From positions 4,406 through 68,405 of the IMG/VR virus record IMGVR_UViG_3300005444_000001: a stretch of DNA of 64,000 nt; one strand, written 5' to 3'. The translations under genes were made by a program, and so were the position numbers. Numbering within the stretch: position 1 is the stretch's first letter; each line of letters begins with the position of its first letter. The DNA is from a virus. Below, piece by piece: positions 39,251 through 48,239 of the stretch. The notes beneath the pieces are model-generated. The model was not told the DNA's origin. It did not search any database and was given only the letters and a program-made list of their open reading frames with translations.

Positions 39251-39932
39251 TCCTCGTAAAGAAAAATCCCTGCCACAGTTGCGCCAACAACTTAGTCGTT
39301 AGCACGTCAAGTTCCCCGTACAACTTCAGCAGCCGCAGCGCTTCCCAGTCGTCGCTATTGATGAAATTCAAGTAGAGTTCTTCAATGTCCGCTCCGGTGT
39401 TGTCGACGACCTCGGCGTACTTCTCAGGGACCGGTAACTCCAGCACGCGCCTGAGCGCCTTGAGGCTCATAAAGTCGCGGCTATGGCCGAAGCGCCGCTG
39501 CATCAAGTCGATCACGGTATCCTGCCACGATTTCACGTCATAGAACGCGACGGTCGGCGCTACGCCCAGGAGCGCGCTGCGCGTGTAGATGACGGGAAGA
39601 TCGAACTTTAGGCAGTTGAAACCAATCAAGCGTGGGCACTGAGCGGCCCAATTCCAGAAGAGAACGAGTAAATCTTGCTCAGAAAACGGCTCACCTGTTT
39701 TCGGGTTCAATTCTCCAATCCATCCGCTCTTAGGCTCGCCATCGCCAAGGATTACGTTAAGCCCAACCATCTGACACGCTTCCGGCTGTAGCGCCATCTG
39801 TTTCAGTTGTTCGGCCTGCCACGTCGCCTCGTCTACGTCGGCGGGCTTTTCCTTGCGCGATAACCACAGGTCTGAGCGGTCATACGCGGGAACCGACTCA
39901 ATATCGAAGTAGAGGCATTTTAGTTGGCTCAT
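39243..39932 (-). CDS. DnaQ/PolB-like 3'-5' exonuclease
   Basis: ExoI 'FDIES', ExoII 'GFN...FDLP', ExoIII 'Y..LDV'. Confidence 0.8.
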   Translation of the reverse strand: MSQLKCLYFDIESVPAYDRSDLWLSRKEKPADVDEATWQAEQLKQMALQPEACQMVGLNVILGDGEPKSGWIGELNPKTGEPFSEQDLLVLFWNWAAQCPRLIGFNCLKFDLPVIYTRSALLGVAPTVAFYDVKSWQDTVIDLMQRRFGHSRDFMSLKALRRVLELPVPEKYAEVVDNTGADIEELYLNFINSDDWEALRLLKLYGELDVLTTKLLAQLWQGFFFTRIE

Positions 39933-39939
39933 GAGTTTT

Positions 39940-39956
39940 GTCTCCCAGTGGGCGAC
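39940..39956. repeat. 17-bp palindrome copy
   Basis: GTCTCCCAGTGGGCGAC; SD of the exonuclease gene at 39932. Confidence 0.9.
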
Positions 39957-39962
39957 AGCGGC

Positions 39963-40400
39963 TTACAGTTCGACTACTAAGTCTCGGATTGCCGCAACTA
40001 AGCGTTGCTCTGGTGTTTCCTGCGCGGGTCTGTCGGCGCATATATGCCATTGCGGAGTAATTTGACCAAGCAGCGCCTTGCCGAGTGTCGCTAGGTCGCG
40101 GATTGCCTTGACTGATTCAAACGGACATTTTTCGCATCGTGCGATTAAGGCCAATACAGTCTTGTAGCCATGGTCAACGTCGTAAAAGGTAGTCAGTAGC
40201 AAACCGCCAGCAGGGTAGCGCGGCTGTGCATGCTTAAACTCAACCATCTCAGGGTAAAGAGGAATATCGAACGGCTGAAGCATCGCCTCCAATTCCCGAA
40301 GGTTCTTGGCGCGCGTTTTTTCCAGTGCCTGCGCTTCTTCCTCGTCTTTACGGTTCGCTGCTTCAATAGCAAGTGTTGCCCAATTAGGTGTATCGCTCAT
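39963..40400 (-). CDS. Hypothetical protein
   Basis: Start MSDTPN at 40400 (SD GGAGG). Confidence 0.5.
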   Translation of the reverse strand: MSDTPNWATLAIEAANRKDEEEAQALEKTRAKNLRELEAMLQPFDIPLYPEMVEFKHAQPRYPAGGLLLTTFYDVDHGYKTVLALIARCEKCPFESVKAIRDLATLGKALLGQITPQWHICADRPAQETPEQRLVAAIRDLVVEL

Positions 40401-40464
40401 AAGTTTCCTCCGCGCTGCGGACGGCAAGGTATCACAAGAGATTGTGAAAAGACAAGACAAAAGT

Positions 40465-41208
40465 TTAGGCGCGCTTTCGGAACCTGAGCGGCGTCCTTAC
40501 TCGTTGGACTGAGCGACACGCCGTTTGAAAATGGTCGACGCCGCGCGCTTGCGCCTTATCTTCGTTGCTAATGGAGTAGTCAACGCGCAGGTCAGCGCCA
40601 CAGTCGAGGCATTCCTGATGCGCTCCGACCGGGCGCGAGCGGCGTCGGTGGCGGCATCGTAAGCCGAGGATCTGTAAGAGCGTCATTTCAAATCATCCTT
40701 CAGTTCTTTTCGAGCTTTGGCGGTTGCGGATCTTAATCGCAATCCCTCTGGAGTTCGGTTATCTCGATGTCTTTGTCTTTGCGCTTGCCGATCTCATTCG
40801 CGCAGTCGCGGCAAACGTTCATGCAGCAAGCTCCTGATCGAACGTGGTGCGTTGCCTGGGTGTGAACCTCTTGCGCTGGAATTCCGCGAAAGCATCTGCC
40901 GTTATGGGCCATGCCAAAGCCTCCGTTTGGGTTGGCTCGATCATAGCAGTAGGTTTGACCGATCATAGTAGTGCGCCTCCTTGGTCGCCCGTTGTCTGAT
41001 ATTGACTCTGCCAGTGGTTGCCCGATGCCGATAACCCGACCATCCTGACCGCGAGCGAGCCGAACACGCGATCTGCGGCTTCTACTCCGACAAGAACCGC
41101 CAAAGCCTGCCAGCGTGAAAGCCTGCGCGCGTGCGCCCATGCGTCCAAGTCGCCCAGAGTGCGGATGTCGTTACGCTTCAGAATTGCGATGATGTCTTGG
41201 TTGCTCAT
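40465..41208 (-). other. Three small hypothetical genes (40465-40686, 40733-40966, 40963-41208)
   Basis: Co-directional small ORFs, two Cys-rich. Confidence 0.4.
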
Positions 41209-41478
41209 GCGAATGCCTCGATTCTGGCCTCGTACTTGTCGCCGTGTTCGGCCTTAATTTCAGCCACAACTTGATCGGCGCGTTCAGGCGTAAAACATCG
41301 CCGCATGTATTCGCAGATGGTTTAAGCCGCCGCGACTCGTTAGAAACTCGAATCGTTTGCGACCTTTAGGCCTCAGTTTCACATGCACTGATGGTCGTGT
41401 CTCTTTGTTTTCCATAGTCTTAACCCTCCTGACTGTCTCCGCTCAGAACAGAGACAGGTGCAAGGTTAGAATCCGCGT

Positions 41479-41495
41479 GTCGCCCACTGGGAGAC
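41479..41495. repeat. 17-bp palindrome copy with extended arms
   Basis: CGT-GTCGCCCACTGGGAGAC-ACG, 8 nt after a stop codon. Confidence 0.9.
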
Positions 41496-41503
41496 ACGGC
41501 GAG

Positions 41504-42037
41504 TTAGATACAGGCCGCGAGGCCGCGCGTATACATGCAATCGACCGTTTGACGGAATGCGAAGGATCTGGCCTCTGCCTTCGTTTTAATGGTCATTGAG
41601 TACGGCGAATCGCTGCCGGTGCGCTGAATAGTCCAGCCTTCGGCCTTGCGGATTACGGCGAACATATCGCGCGGCAAGTCTGACTTGCGAATGATGTACA
41701 GAGCGCAGCTGCGCGGATCGCCTTGATGGTAAGAAACCAAGTCAGGGTAAGCGGCCATGATGCGCCCGAGTCGCCGCAATGCCCCGGATTCTTTGTCTGC
41801 GATGCGGTTGCGGTACATGCGCCCGTCTGAATGAATGCGGCGAACCATGTACGGCTTTTCGGTTTCTTCGTCGCGTTCAATCGCCCAAGATGCGTACTCG
41901 TTAGAATCCCCGCACTCAAGCTCTGCCCACCGATGCAAGGTCATTTCAATGCGCCGGAGTTTGGCCGCGTCCTCGTAGCTGACGCCATAGCGCGCCATGC
42001 TGTCAAAGTATCGTTGTAATTTCTCCTGTTTGGTCAT
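41504..42037 (-). CDS. Conserved phage hypothetical protein
   Basis: 'LRRIEMTLHRWAE.ECG...YHQGDPR.CALY' family motif; SD AAGGAG. Confidence 0.65.
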   Translation of the reverse strand: MTKQEKLQRYFDSMARYGVSYEDAAKLRRIEMTLHRWAELECGDSNEYASWAIERDEETEKPYMVRRIHSDGRMYRNRIADKESGALRRLGRIMAAYPDLVSYHQGDPRSCALYIIRKSDLPRDMFAVIRKAEGWTIQRTGSDSPYSMTIKTKAEARSFAFRQTVDCMYTRGLAACI

Positions 42038-42139
42038 CGTATCTCCTTCACGTACAAAGCCCGTCGGCTTTCTCGCTTCAGATTGAATCCGAGCGCGGCG
42101 CCACATCCCCCGCGAGACGTGGTGCCGGACTCCATTCGA

Positions 42140-42424
42140 TCAGAAGGCTGCAGGATCAGCGATTTTCAACATCTGCATTAAATGATCGCGTATCTCTCCC
42201 AAGTGTGCGCCGTGGTCAATGCGTGCGATCGCGCTGCGAAGTTCCACGGTCAGCGCATCATGTGAATTAACTGCTTGAACGATTAGAGCGGCGTTGGCTG
42301 CCTCTTCTGAGCCATCCGCGTCGTCTTTTAGGTCGTAAACTACGGCTATCGTCTGGCCGTTGCCGTTTTCCGCGTAAATCTGAGACTCTTTAGTGAGCCA
42401 CGGCCTTTTGGTTGCTTCTGACAT
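42140..42424 (-). CDS. Hypothetical protein
   Basis: 'EAAANAALIV.AVNSHDAL...L' motif common in phage early genes. Confidence 0.55.
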   Translation of the reverse strand: MSEATKRPWLTKESQIYAENGNGQTIAVVYDLKDDADGSEEAANAALIVQAVNSHDALTVELRSAIARIDHGAHLGEIRDHLMQMLKIADPAAF

Positions 42425-42444
42425 AACTGATTCTCCCTTCAAAG

Positions 42445-42962
42445 TTAGAAAAGCTGTTCCTGTCCGAAAAATGAAAGCTGCGCCCGGTCCGCGGTCAGCC
42501 GGCGGATACGTCGATCGCAAGGCGCGCAGACCATTCGCCCATCGCTGAGCCCCACCATTTCAGACTCAGGCGCATAGCCGGTGCATTCCTGGCAGGAGCG
42601 CATCGGGCTCGCACAGCCAGCATAAACGCGTCCAGGCGCGCCCACTTTGCATTGATTCTCCATAAATTCGCTCTCCTTCTCGCGTCTAATCTCCGCGCGG
42701 CAAAGTGTCTCCCATTGGGCGACACGCTGCCGGACTGGGATTAGAGAAGCATTGCCCGCTCTGCGATAAATCCGCTCGGCAATTCAACGTGAGCGACGAT
42801 AGACGCGCCCAGGTTCGTTACTCTCAGACTGTACCGAAGGAGACGCGCCTTAACATGGGCCGGTGAATGCGGCGTGTCCTTGCCACCCTCAGCCAACTTG
42901 CGCACCATCTGACGCAATTCCTTAAAGTCGTAATATGTGGACTGTCCTACTGTTTGAGACAT
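42445..42962 (-). other. Two small hypothetical genes (42445-42663, 42741-42962)
   Basis: ORFs with SD AAGGAG and AAGGG. Confidence 0.4.
42707..42723. repeat. 17-bp palindrome copy
   Basis: GTCTCCCATTGGGCGAC, intergenic. Confidence 0.9.
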
Positions 42963-43047
42963 GATGTAGCCCTTCCTTCTCGTGCTTAGCACGTAAGAGC
43001 GTTCCGACACCGCGAAACGCTCCCAGCTTACCAAGCCCGCTCCCCGT

Positions 43048-43299
43048 CTACTTCTTCCGCTTGTCCTGGTCCTTGTGCATCCAGCAGTAATCACCCTCAA
43101 CTTTAACCGGCCGCCGACACCGCACGCCCTTCTTAGTAATCCCCGCGCAGTAATGCCGCTCCTTCATCTGCGCCTCAACCTCAATAAGTGTCGATGCCAC
43201 CCGACTAGAGCGCGCCTCAACCTTCTGCTCAATCCCTCGCTGACAACCAGAAAGCCCTAACGCTCCCGCCAATACCAAAAGACCTAATAGACTCTTCAT
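43048..43299 (-). CDS. Lipoprotein with C-terminal Cys/His knuckle
   Basis: MKSLLGLLVLAGALGLSG|C lipobox; CAGITKKGVRCRRPVKVEGDYCWMH. Confidence 0.6.
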   Translation of the reverse strand: MKSLLGLLVLAGALGLSGCQRGIEQKVEARSSRVASTLIEVEAQMKERHYCAGITKKGVRCRRPVKVEGDYCWMHKDQDKRKK

Positions 43300-43898
43300 C
43301 GCTTCATTCTCCTTCTCAGTTTATTAGCGAGCATCCCTCGCTCCGCGAACTGCACGATACGCCTTGTCAACCCCTCCTTGGTTGCCGTTCGATTGCAAAG
43401 TGGTCACGGAGCTGAGATTCTACTCGAAGTAACGCCCCTATTTGCCACACTTACAGCCCCCAACGCGCCATAACGATACATTCACCAAGCCATATGTCTG
43501 TGTCATCTTGGTCCGCTCACTTCGCGTCTCACTATCCCGCGGACCAGCGACCAGCACAACAAGCAGGAGCGCCGCGTTGATCGTCGCGCCTTGCCGCGTC
43601 AGACTGACCGAGGCGCGCACGGCTATCGTTCAGCGCCCATGTTTAACAGGCGCGTGACCATTCATCGACCGCTCACAGTATAGCGCTATGCTGTGGTTTG
43701 CTCAGTAATAAGGCGAAAGGGCTCGACGTGCGGCAGGCGAGGCCAGCGGCCGGGCGCCAGGAGCCTCCTACCTCCGCGCACCTTCGACGGTATCCGTAAT
43801 GTGACTCCCTGTCGCGCGAGCGAGCGGCAATAGAAAATGAAATCAGGAATGGGCGCTGCTGAAAAAATAATAGTTTTGGAAATGCGGGCGGTGAAGGC

Positions 43899-43963
43899 AG
43901 TGCGATACGGTGCAATACAGAATCCTTGACAAGTGCGATACAGTGCGATACAAAGTGCGGTAC
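43899..43963 (+). promoter_or_regulatory. Promoter with five 10-bp direct repeats (operator)
   Basis: RGTGCRRTAC at 43899, 43909, 43932, 43942, 43954 around TTGACA (43926)-17-TACAAA. Confidence 0.65.
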
Positions 43964-43964
43964 A

Positions 43965-44534
43965 ATGGGAAAGACAGAAGCGGTAGCGATGAGTTTTCGG
44001 ATTCGGACGGCGGTTAAGACTGCGTTGATTGCTTTGGCGGAGCAGCGAGGATGTTCAAAGACTGCGGTGATAGAGCAGGCGATATTAGACGCTGAGACGC
44101 CGCGATTAGAGTTGTCGGTTGAAGCGCAGCGTGCGATAAAGTGGTGGGCGAAGCAGGATGGCGCGACCGAGGCGGAAATCGTGGAAGAAGCGATTGCGTT
44201 TTATGATGGGCAGCGAGCGGATGGCGGCACCACGTCCTCGCGAGTTCCGAGTACCTCAGCGAACACGGACGAGTCGGCGTCTATTGCCGCTCGTGCTGCG
44301 GCGAACGCGAAGGCGGCGCGCGAGGCTCAAGAGCCGCCGGTCACTGAAGCGGCGGAGGTGCCTGGGGTTCATGTTGGGGTTGGGAATTTACCGAAGAACG
44401 CGCAGTGCCGTCATTGCGGAGAAAAGTTCGCGGGACCGAAGCGGGCGATTGTTTGCCCTGATTGTAAGGCGGCTGGTCACGCGGAGGATCCGCATGGATG
44501 CGGCGAGTGTTTTAATCGGGACGGGCCGGCGTGA
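43965..44534 (+). CDS. Ribbon-helix-helix transcriptional regulator
   Basis: 'AMSFRIRTAVKTALIALAEQRGCSKTAVIEQAIL' CopG/Arc-like, followed by a second RHH-like unit and a Zn ribbon. Confidence 0.7.
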   Translation: MGKTEAVAMSFRIRTAVKTALIALAEQRGCSKTAVIEQAILDAETPRLELSVEAQRAIKWWAKQDGATEAEIVEEAIAFYDGQRADGGTTSSRVPSTSANTDESASIAARAAANAKAAREAQEPPVTEAAEVPGVHVGVGNLPKNAQCRHCGEKFAGPKRAIVCPDCKAAGHAEDPHGCGECFNRDGPA

Positions 44535-44782
44535 TGGCGGTGCGGATCCGTAAAGATGGGCGCGTTCTTTGTGCCGCTATGCACCCAGCGGAAGCGGGCG
44601 ATATTTATGTCGATGACGGCGTGCATTATCACCTGTCCGTCGAGGCGAAGGTCTTAGTGACAGAGCCTCATGAGAGGCATCGAATCCACGGCGAATGGTG
44701 GTGGATTAACGCGGTACCCGACGGCGTTCAGATTGAAAAGTTCTATGAAGGCGAAGGAGAATCCAGTGAGCGAACTCAATGA
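44531..44782 (+). CDS. Conserved phage hypothetical protein
   Basis: 83 aa 'AVRIRKDGR.LCAA.H....GD.Y.DD..HY.LS'. Confidence 0.6.
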   Translation: MMAVRIRKDGRVLCAAMHPAEAGDIYVDDGVHYHLSVEAKVLVTEPHERHRIHGEWWWINAVPDGVQIEKFYEGEGESSERTQ

Positions 44783-45113
44783 AGTCATTTTGGCGGCTGT
44801 GACCGGTTCTGGTTTGGGCGATTACGACCAGCGGTCGGCGCTTGGGATGGCGCGCGGGTGGTTGGACAGTGGAAAGCCGATTCGGTGGAATCCGGACCAG
44901 GTTGAGTATCCAAAGCGCGGCCAGTTAGCGAAAGACCTGGTAGCGTTAATGGAAGGGTATGGGCGCGAGGAATGTATTGAAGCGCTGATGGTGGCGCGGG
45001 AGGCGGTGAATGCGCCGTTTCAGGATCCGTCGATGTTGGGGTTTCGGGCGCGGCGACTGACCCGGGGAATTGTGGGATCGCCGAAGAAGAATGAGAAGAT
45101 GAAGGTGCGATGA
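44766..45113 (+). CDS. Hypothetical protein
   Basis: Probable GTG start with SD AAGGAG. Confidence 0.45.
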   Translation: MSELNEVILAAVTGSGLGDYDQRSALGMARGWLDSGKPIRWNPDQVEYPKRGQLAKDLVALMEGYGREECIEALMVAREAVNAPFQDPSMLGFRARRLTRGIVGSPKKNEKMKVR

Positions 45114-45359
45114 GGCGCATCCGGGGAGTTAAGGGAAGTGGGAACTGAAGACTTCCCGGTTGCGCGCAGATATTTGAAAGATTGCCGCTTGACGTGAGGA
45201 AGCGCGAGCGATGCTTCGGCATCCGTCGTTGAAGCACTTGCGGCAATAAAGTTTGCGCGGAAAAAGCAGAAGCGTAAGAGGAAGGCGAAGCGTCTAACAA
45301 GGAAAAGAGATGAATAAACAACTGAGATTTACCAGCTCGCGGAAGCTCCTGAAGAACTA

Positions 45360-45560
45360 ATGTCACAGGAAGACTACAACGCTCATTATGATTCAACCGC
45401 AGCCGTTGGGCTTTGCTGGGAAGGTGATGGGAATCCACAGTTCGTTCAAGACGTGATCCTGCCGAATGGTCAACGAATGACGGTCGAATCTCTTTGGTGC
45501 GTGGAGTGCGCAGTCCGAAAGGGTGAAATTGTTGCGTCGGATGAATCATTGCCATGCTAG
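45360..45560 (+). CDS. Hypothetical protein
   Basis: 66 aa. Confidence 0.4.
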   Translation: MSQEDYNAHYDSTAAVGLCWEGDGNPQFVQDVILPNGQRMTVESLWCVECAVRKGEIVASDESLPC

Positions 45561-45733
45561 AGACTCAAGATAAGCAATCGCAGTGTGAGGTAAAGGAGGT
45601 GATTCAAAATGGATGACAGCACGTTGCGCGGCAGTCGCCGGATGAAAGCGCGGGGATGATCGCATCCGCTAAAAACACGTATCGGAAGCAAAAGAGTTTG
45701 AGTTTGTGAGGTAAAGGAGAAACGAATCAATAG

Positions 45734-46336
45734 ATGATGGCGTTACTGGACACAAGCGAAGACCTGAAAGTTTGCGAGGCTGAAATCGGCTGCAAGGTGG
45801 AGCAATTATTGACCCCGCTCACCCGTTTCAAAGTTCAGTATCCAGACGAAATGGAAGCCATCGAAAACGGAGGCTTCGTGGGTTTCAAAGAAAAAGCCTA
45901 TCTCTCGTTATTGGATCGCGAAGCGAAGCGTCAAGACAAGGTTCGATGGATTACGGTTCCCGATGTTCCCGCGAGCGCAAGGCGCACCCTTGAATGTTTT
46001 GAGTTCTGGTATCCGCGTCTCTGCACATGGCCGCTTGCTTTCGTTTGTCAGGACGGACAAGAGGACTTGCCGATACCGTGGGGCGATATCGTTGCTGTGT
46101 TCATCGGCGGCACAACGGCTTGGAAACTATCGCACCACGCAGCTGCCATTGTGAAGGCAGCAAAGATAATGAATAAGACCGTACATGCTGGTCGAGTAAA
46201 CACGCCGGGGCGATTTGAATACTTCGAGTCGATAGGTGCGGATTCAATTGACGGCACGGGGCTGTCTCGTTATTCGTGGATGCGGGAAGCGATTTACAAA
46301 GCGGCAACCATGCCAACTCTATTTGAGGGCAAATGA
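45734..46336 (+). CDS. TGT-fold DpdA-like protein (7-deazaguanine DNA modification)
   Basis: 'AIENGGF', 'VPDVP', 'FIGG.T.WK', 'VHAGRVN...R......GADSIDGT' match the short phage TGT/DpdA-like family. Confidence 0.65.
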   Translation: MMALLDTSEDLKVCEAEIGCKVEQLLTPLTRFKVQYPDEMEAIENGGFVGFKEKAYLSLLDREAKRQDKVRWITVPDVPASARRTLECFEFWYPRLCTWPLAFVCQDGQEDLPIPWGDIVAVFIGGTTAWKLSHHAAAIVKAAKIMNKTVHAGRVNTPGRFEYFESIGADSIDGTGLSRYSWMREAIYKAATMPTLFEGK

Positions 46337-46587
46337 AAGTCACACACATTTTAACAATCAGTGCGCGTTGCCCGGTTGATATCAGCGTGGAAGATACCTA
46401 CGAAATGATCGTCAAAACTGAGCGGTTGATCGAGGTCGAAACAATCTTGGCCGAGGCGTTGGACGCCTGCAAAGAGCCTGTGTATCAAGAAACGCTTTGT
46501 GATGATTTATCGAAGCGGCTTGGCTGTGAAGTCACGCTCATCGGTGTTCATTCGGGCGTAAAAACAGAGGTGACGTGCGGAGTTTGA
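46333..46587 (+). CDS. Small T-fold QueF/QueF-like protein
   Basis: 'ARCPVD...D.Y...I.VE.I...QE.L...L...GVHSGV' resembles the QueF Cys/Asp/Glu pattern; ATGA-coupled to the DpdA-like gene. Confidence 0.5.
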   Translation: MKVTHILTISARCPVDISVEDTYEMIVKTERLIEVETILAEALDACKEPVYQETLCDDLSKRLGCEVTLIGVHSGVKTEVTCGV

Positions 46588-46638
46588 GTTTGCCGGACAA
46601 CTACGCGATGCGCAGCCCCACCAGAGAGGGACACGAAA

Positions 46639-47499
46639 ATGACAGTAATGAACAATCAGCGATGTATCCACGGCGTCTCATTTGAGGCGACGTGCGCGAT
46701 CTGCGAATCGCTGGGAGGCCGGGCGGTGGAGTGCCCGGTTCGGTGTCCTTATTGCGCGGGCGAGTGTAAGCGGGGGTTTGCAGGCCACGAGAATCATCGA
46801 TGCGCAACCAACTCAAGCCACACATGGAAGGGCGGCGAGGTAGAAGTCACAGAGGAATGGATCGAGCGCGGCAGCAAGGCGACTCCGGTTCTGTATCTCG
46901 ATCTTGATGATACCGTGCGCAAGGGCAAAGACACGTTGGGCCGCTTCGTAAACAAGGCATCCGATGTTGAGGTCTTCCCTGAAGTGCCCGCGATTCTTGC
47001 TGAATACAAAAAACGCGGCTGGCGCATCGTGGCGATCAGTAATCAGGGCGGCGTGGCTCTCGGAATTCTCAGTCAAGAAGATTGCGCTAGAGCAATGCTG
47101 GAAACACAGCGCCAGTGTGGGGGGTTGTTCGACAAAATCGCGTTCTGCGTTCATCACCCCGACGCTTCCGATCCTGAGTTTGCTGTGTGTTGGTGTCGCA
47201 AGCCGCGCATAGGCTTGATTCTCGATGCTGCCTACGGACTCGCCGCGAAGCACAACGAATACTATCCGCCGCACCTTGCGTTGTTTGTCGGAGATCGAAT
47301 CGAAGATCAAGAGTGTGCTGAAAATGCTGGCATCAAGTTTATGTGGGCTGAGATGTGGCGGGCAGACGGCTGGCAGGACACGCTTGAATCAACCGGATAT
47401 GTCACGCTCGACGAAACAGCAGCCGCAATATGTAGGGACACAGCATTACGGGGTGAGGTAGGTAGTCCGGCAGAAATGAAGATTAAGGAGAATTGTTAG
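46639..47499 (+). CDS. HAD phosphatase (GmhB/polynucleotide 3'-phosphatase-like) with N-terminal Zn ribbons
   Basis: 'LDLDDT', 'ISNQGG', 'CWCRKP..G', 'FVGDRIED..CA.NAG'. Confidence 0.8.
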   Translation: MTVMNNQRCIHGVSFEATCAICESLGGRAVECPVRCPYCAGECKRGFAGHENHRCATNSSHTWKGGEVEVTEEWIERGSKATPVLYLDLDDTVRKGKDTLGRFVNKASDVEVFPEVPAILAEYKKRGWRIVAISNQGGVALGILSQEDCARAMLETQRQCGGLFDKIAFCVHHPDASDPEFAVCWCRKPRIGLILDAAYGLAAKHNEYYPPHLALFVGDRIEDQECAENAGIKFMWAEMWRADGWQDTLESTGYVTLDETAAAICRDTALRGEVGSPAEMKIKENC

Positions 47500-48114
47500 A
47501 TGAGCGAATACCACAAAATTGAGACGCTATACGAGCGCGACATGGACACCTTCAAGGTTGATCCGTCGAAGTTAAAGAACGCAACTTATTCACTAATCAA
47601 GTCGTGGCAATGGACGGAGAAGATCGACGGCACGAACATCCGTTGCATTTGGAAAGACGGCGTTTTGACCTTCGGTGGCAAGACCGATAACGCGCAGATT
47701 CACGCCGACCTGATCAAGCATCTTTATGAGTCGGTGAGCGCGGCGAAGATGGCTGAAATTTTTCCCGACACGAACGCTGTGATTTACGGCGAAGGCTACG
47801 GTGCGGGAATTCAGAAGGGCGGCGACTATTCGCCTACAAAACGCTTCATCGTGTTCGATGTTCTCGTTAGCGATAAGTGGTGGCTGAGTTGGGACAATAC
47901 TTGCGACGTAGCCGCAAAGCTAGGTCTTGATTGCGTCCCGTATCTCGGTGAAATGAGCCTTGAGGACGCGACAGCGTTGGTTCGTGCTGGCTTTACATCA
48001 CAACTGAACGGCGGCAAGGCAAAAGCCGAAGGACTTGTGGGCCGCACAGCGGAAACCCTGTTCGACAAGAAGGGCCACAGGTTAATCGTGAAGCTCAAGA
48101 CGAAAGACTTTTGA
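47500..48114 (+). CDS. RNA ligase (Rnl2-type nucleotidyltransferase)
   Basis: Motif I 'TEKIDGTN', 'YGEGYG..IQ', 'FDV', 'EGLV', 'VKLK'. Confidence 0.8.
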   Translation: MSEYHKIETLYERDMDTFKVDPSKLKNATYSLIKSWQWTEKIDGTNIRCIWKDGVLTFGGKTDNAQIHADLIKHLYESVSAAKMAEIFPDTNAVIYGEGYGAGIQKGGDYSPTKRFIVFDVLVSDKWWLSWDNTCDVAAKLGLDCVPYLGEMSLEDATALVRAGFTSQLNGGKAKAEGLVGRTAETLFDKKGHRLIVKLKTKDF

Positions 48115-48120
48115 GTTCTT

Positions 48121-48190
48121 GGGCCATGCCGCAGTAATTGCGGGTGAGAGGTACGTCAAACAGCTTCTCGCTACCGAAAGGACATGGCCT
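48121..48190 (+). ncRNA. Candidate four-way-junction RNA
   Basis: P1 48121-28/48183-90 (8 bp), P2 CCGCA/TGCGG, P3 GTGAGAG/TTCTCGC, P4 CC-GAAA-GG. Confidence 0.45.
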
Positions 48191-48239
48191 GAGAAGTTGA
48201 GAAGGTTGAGCCGCTGAAGCGGCCAGAGGTGAAGCAAGA

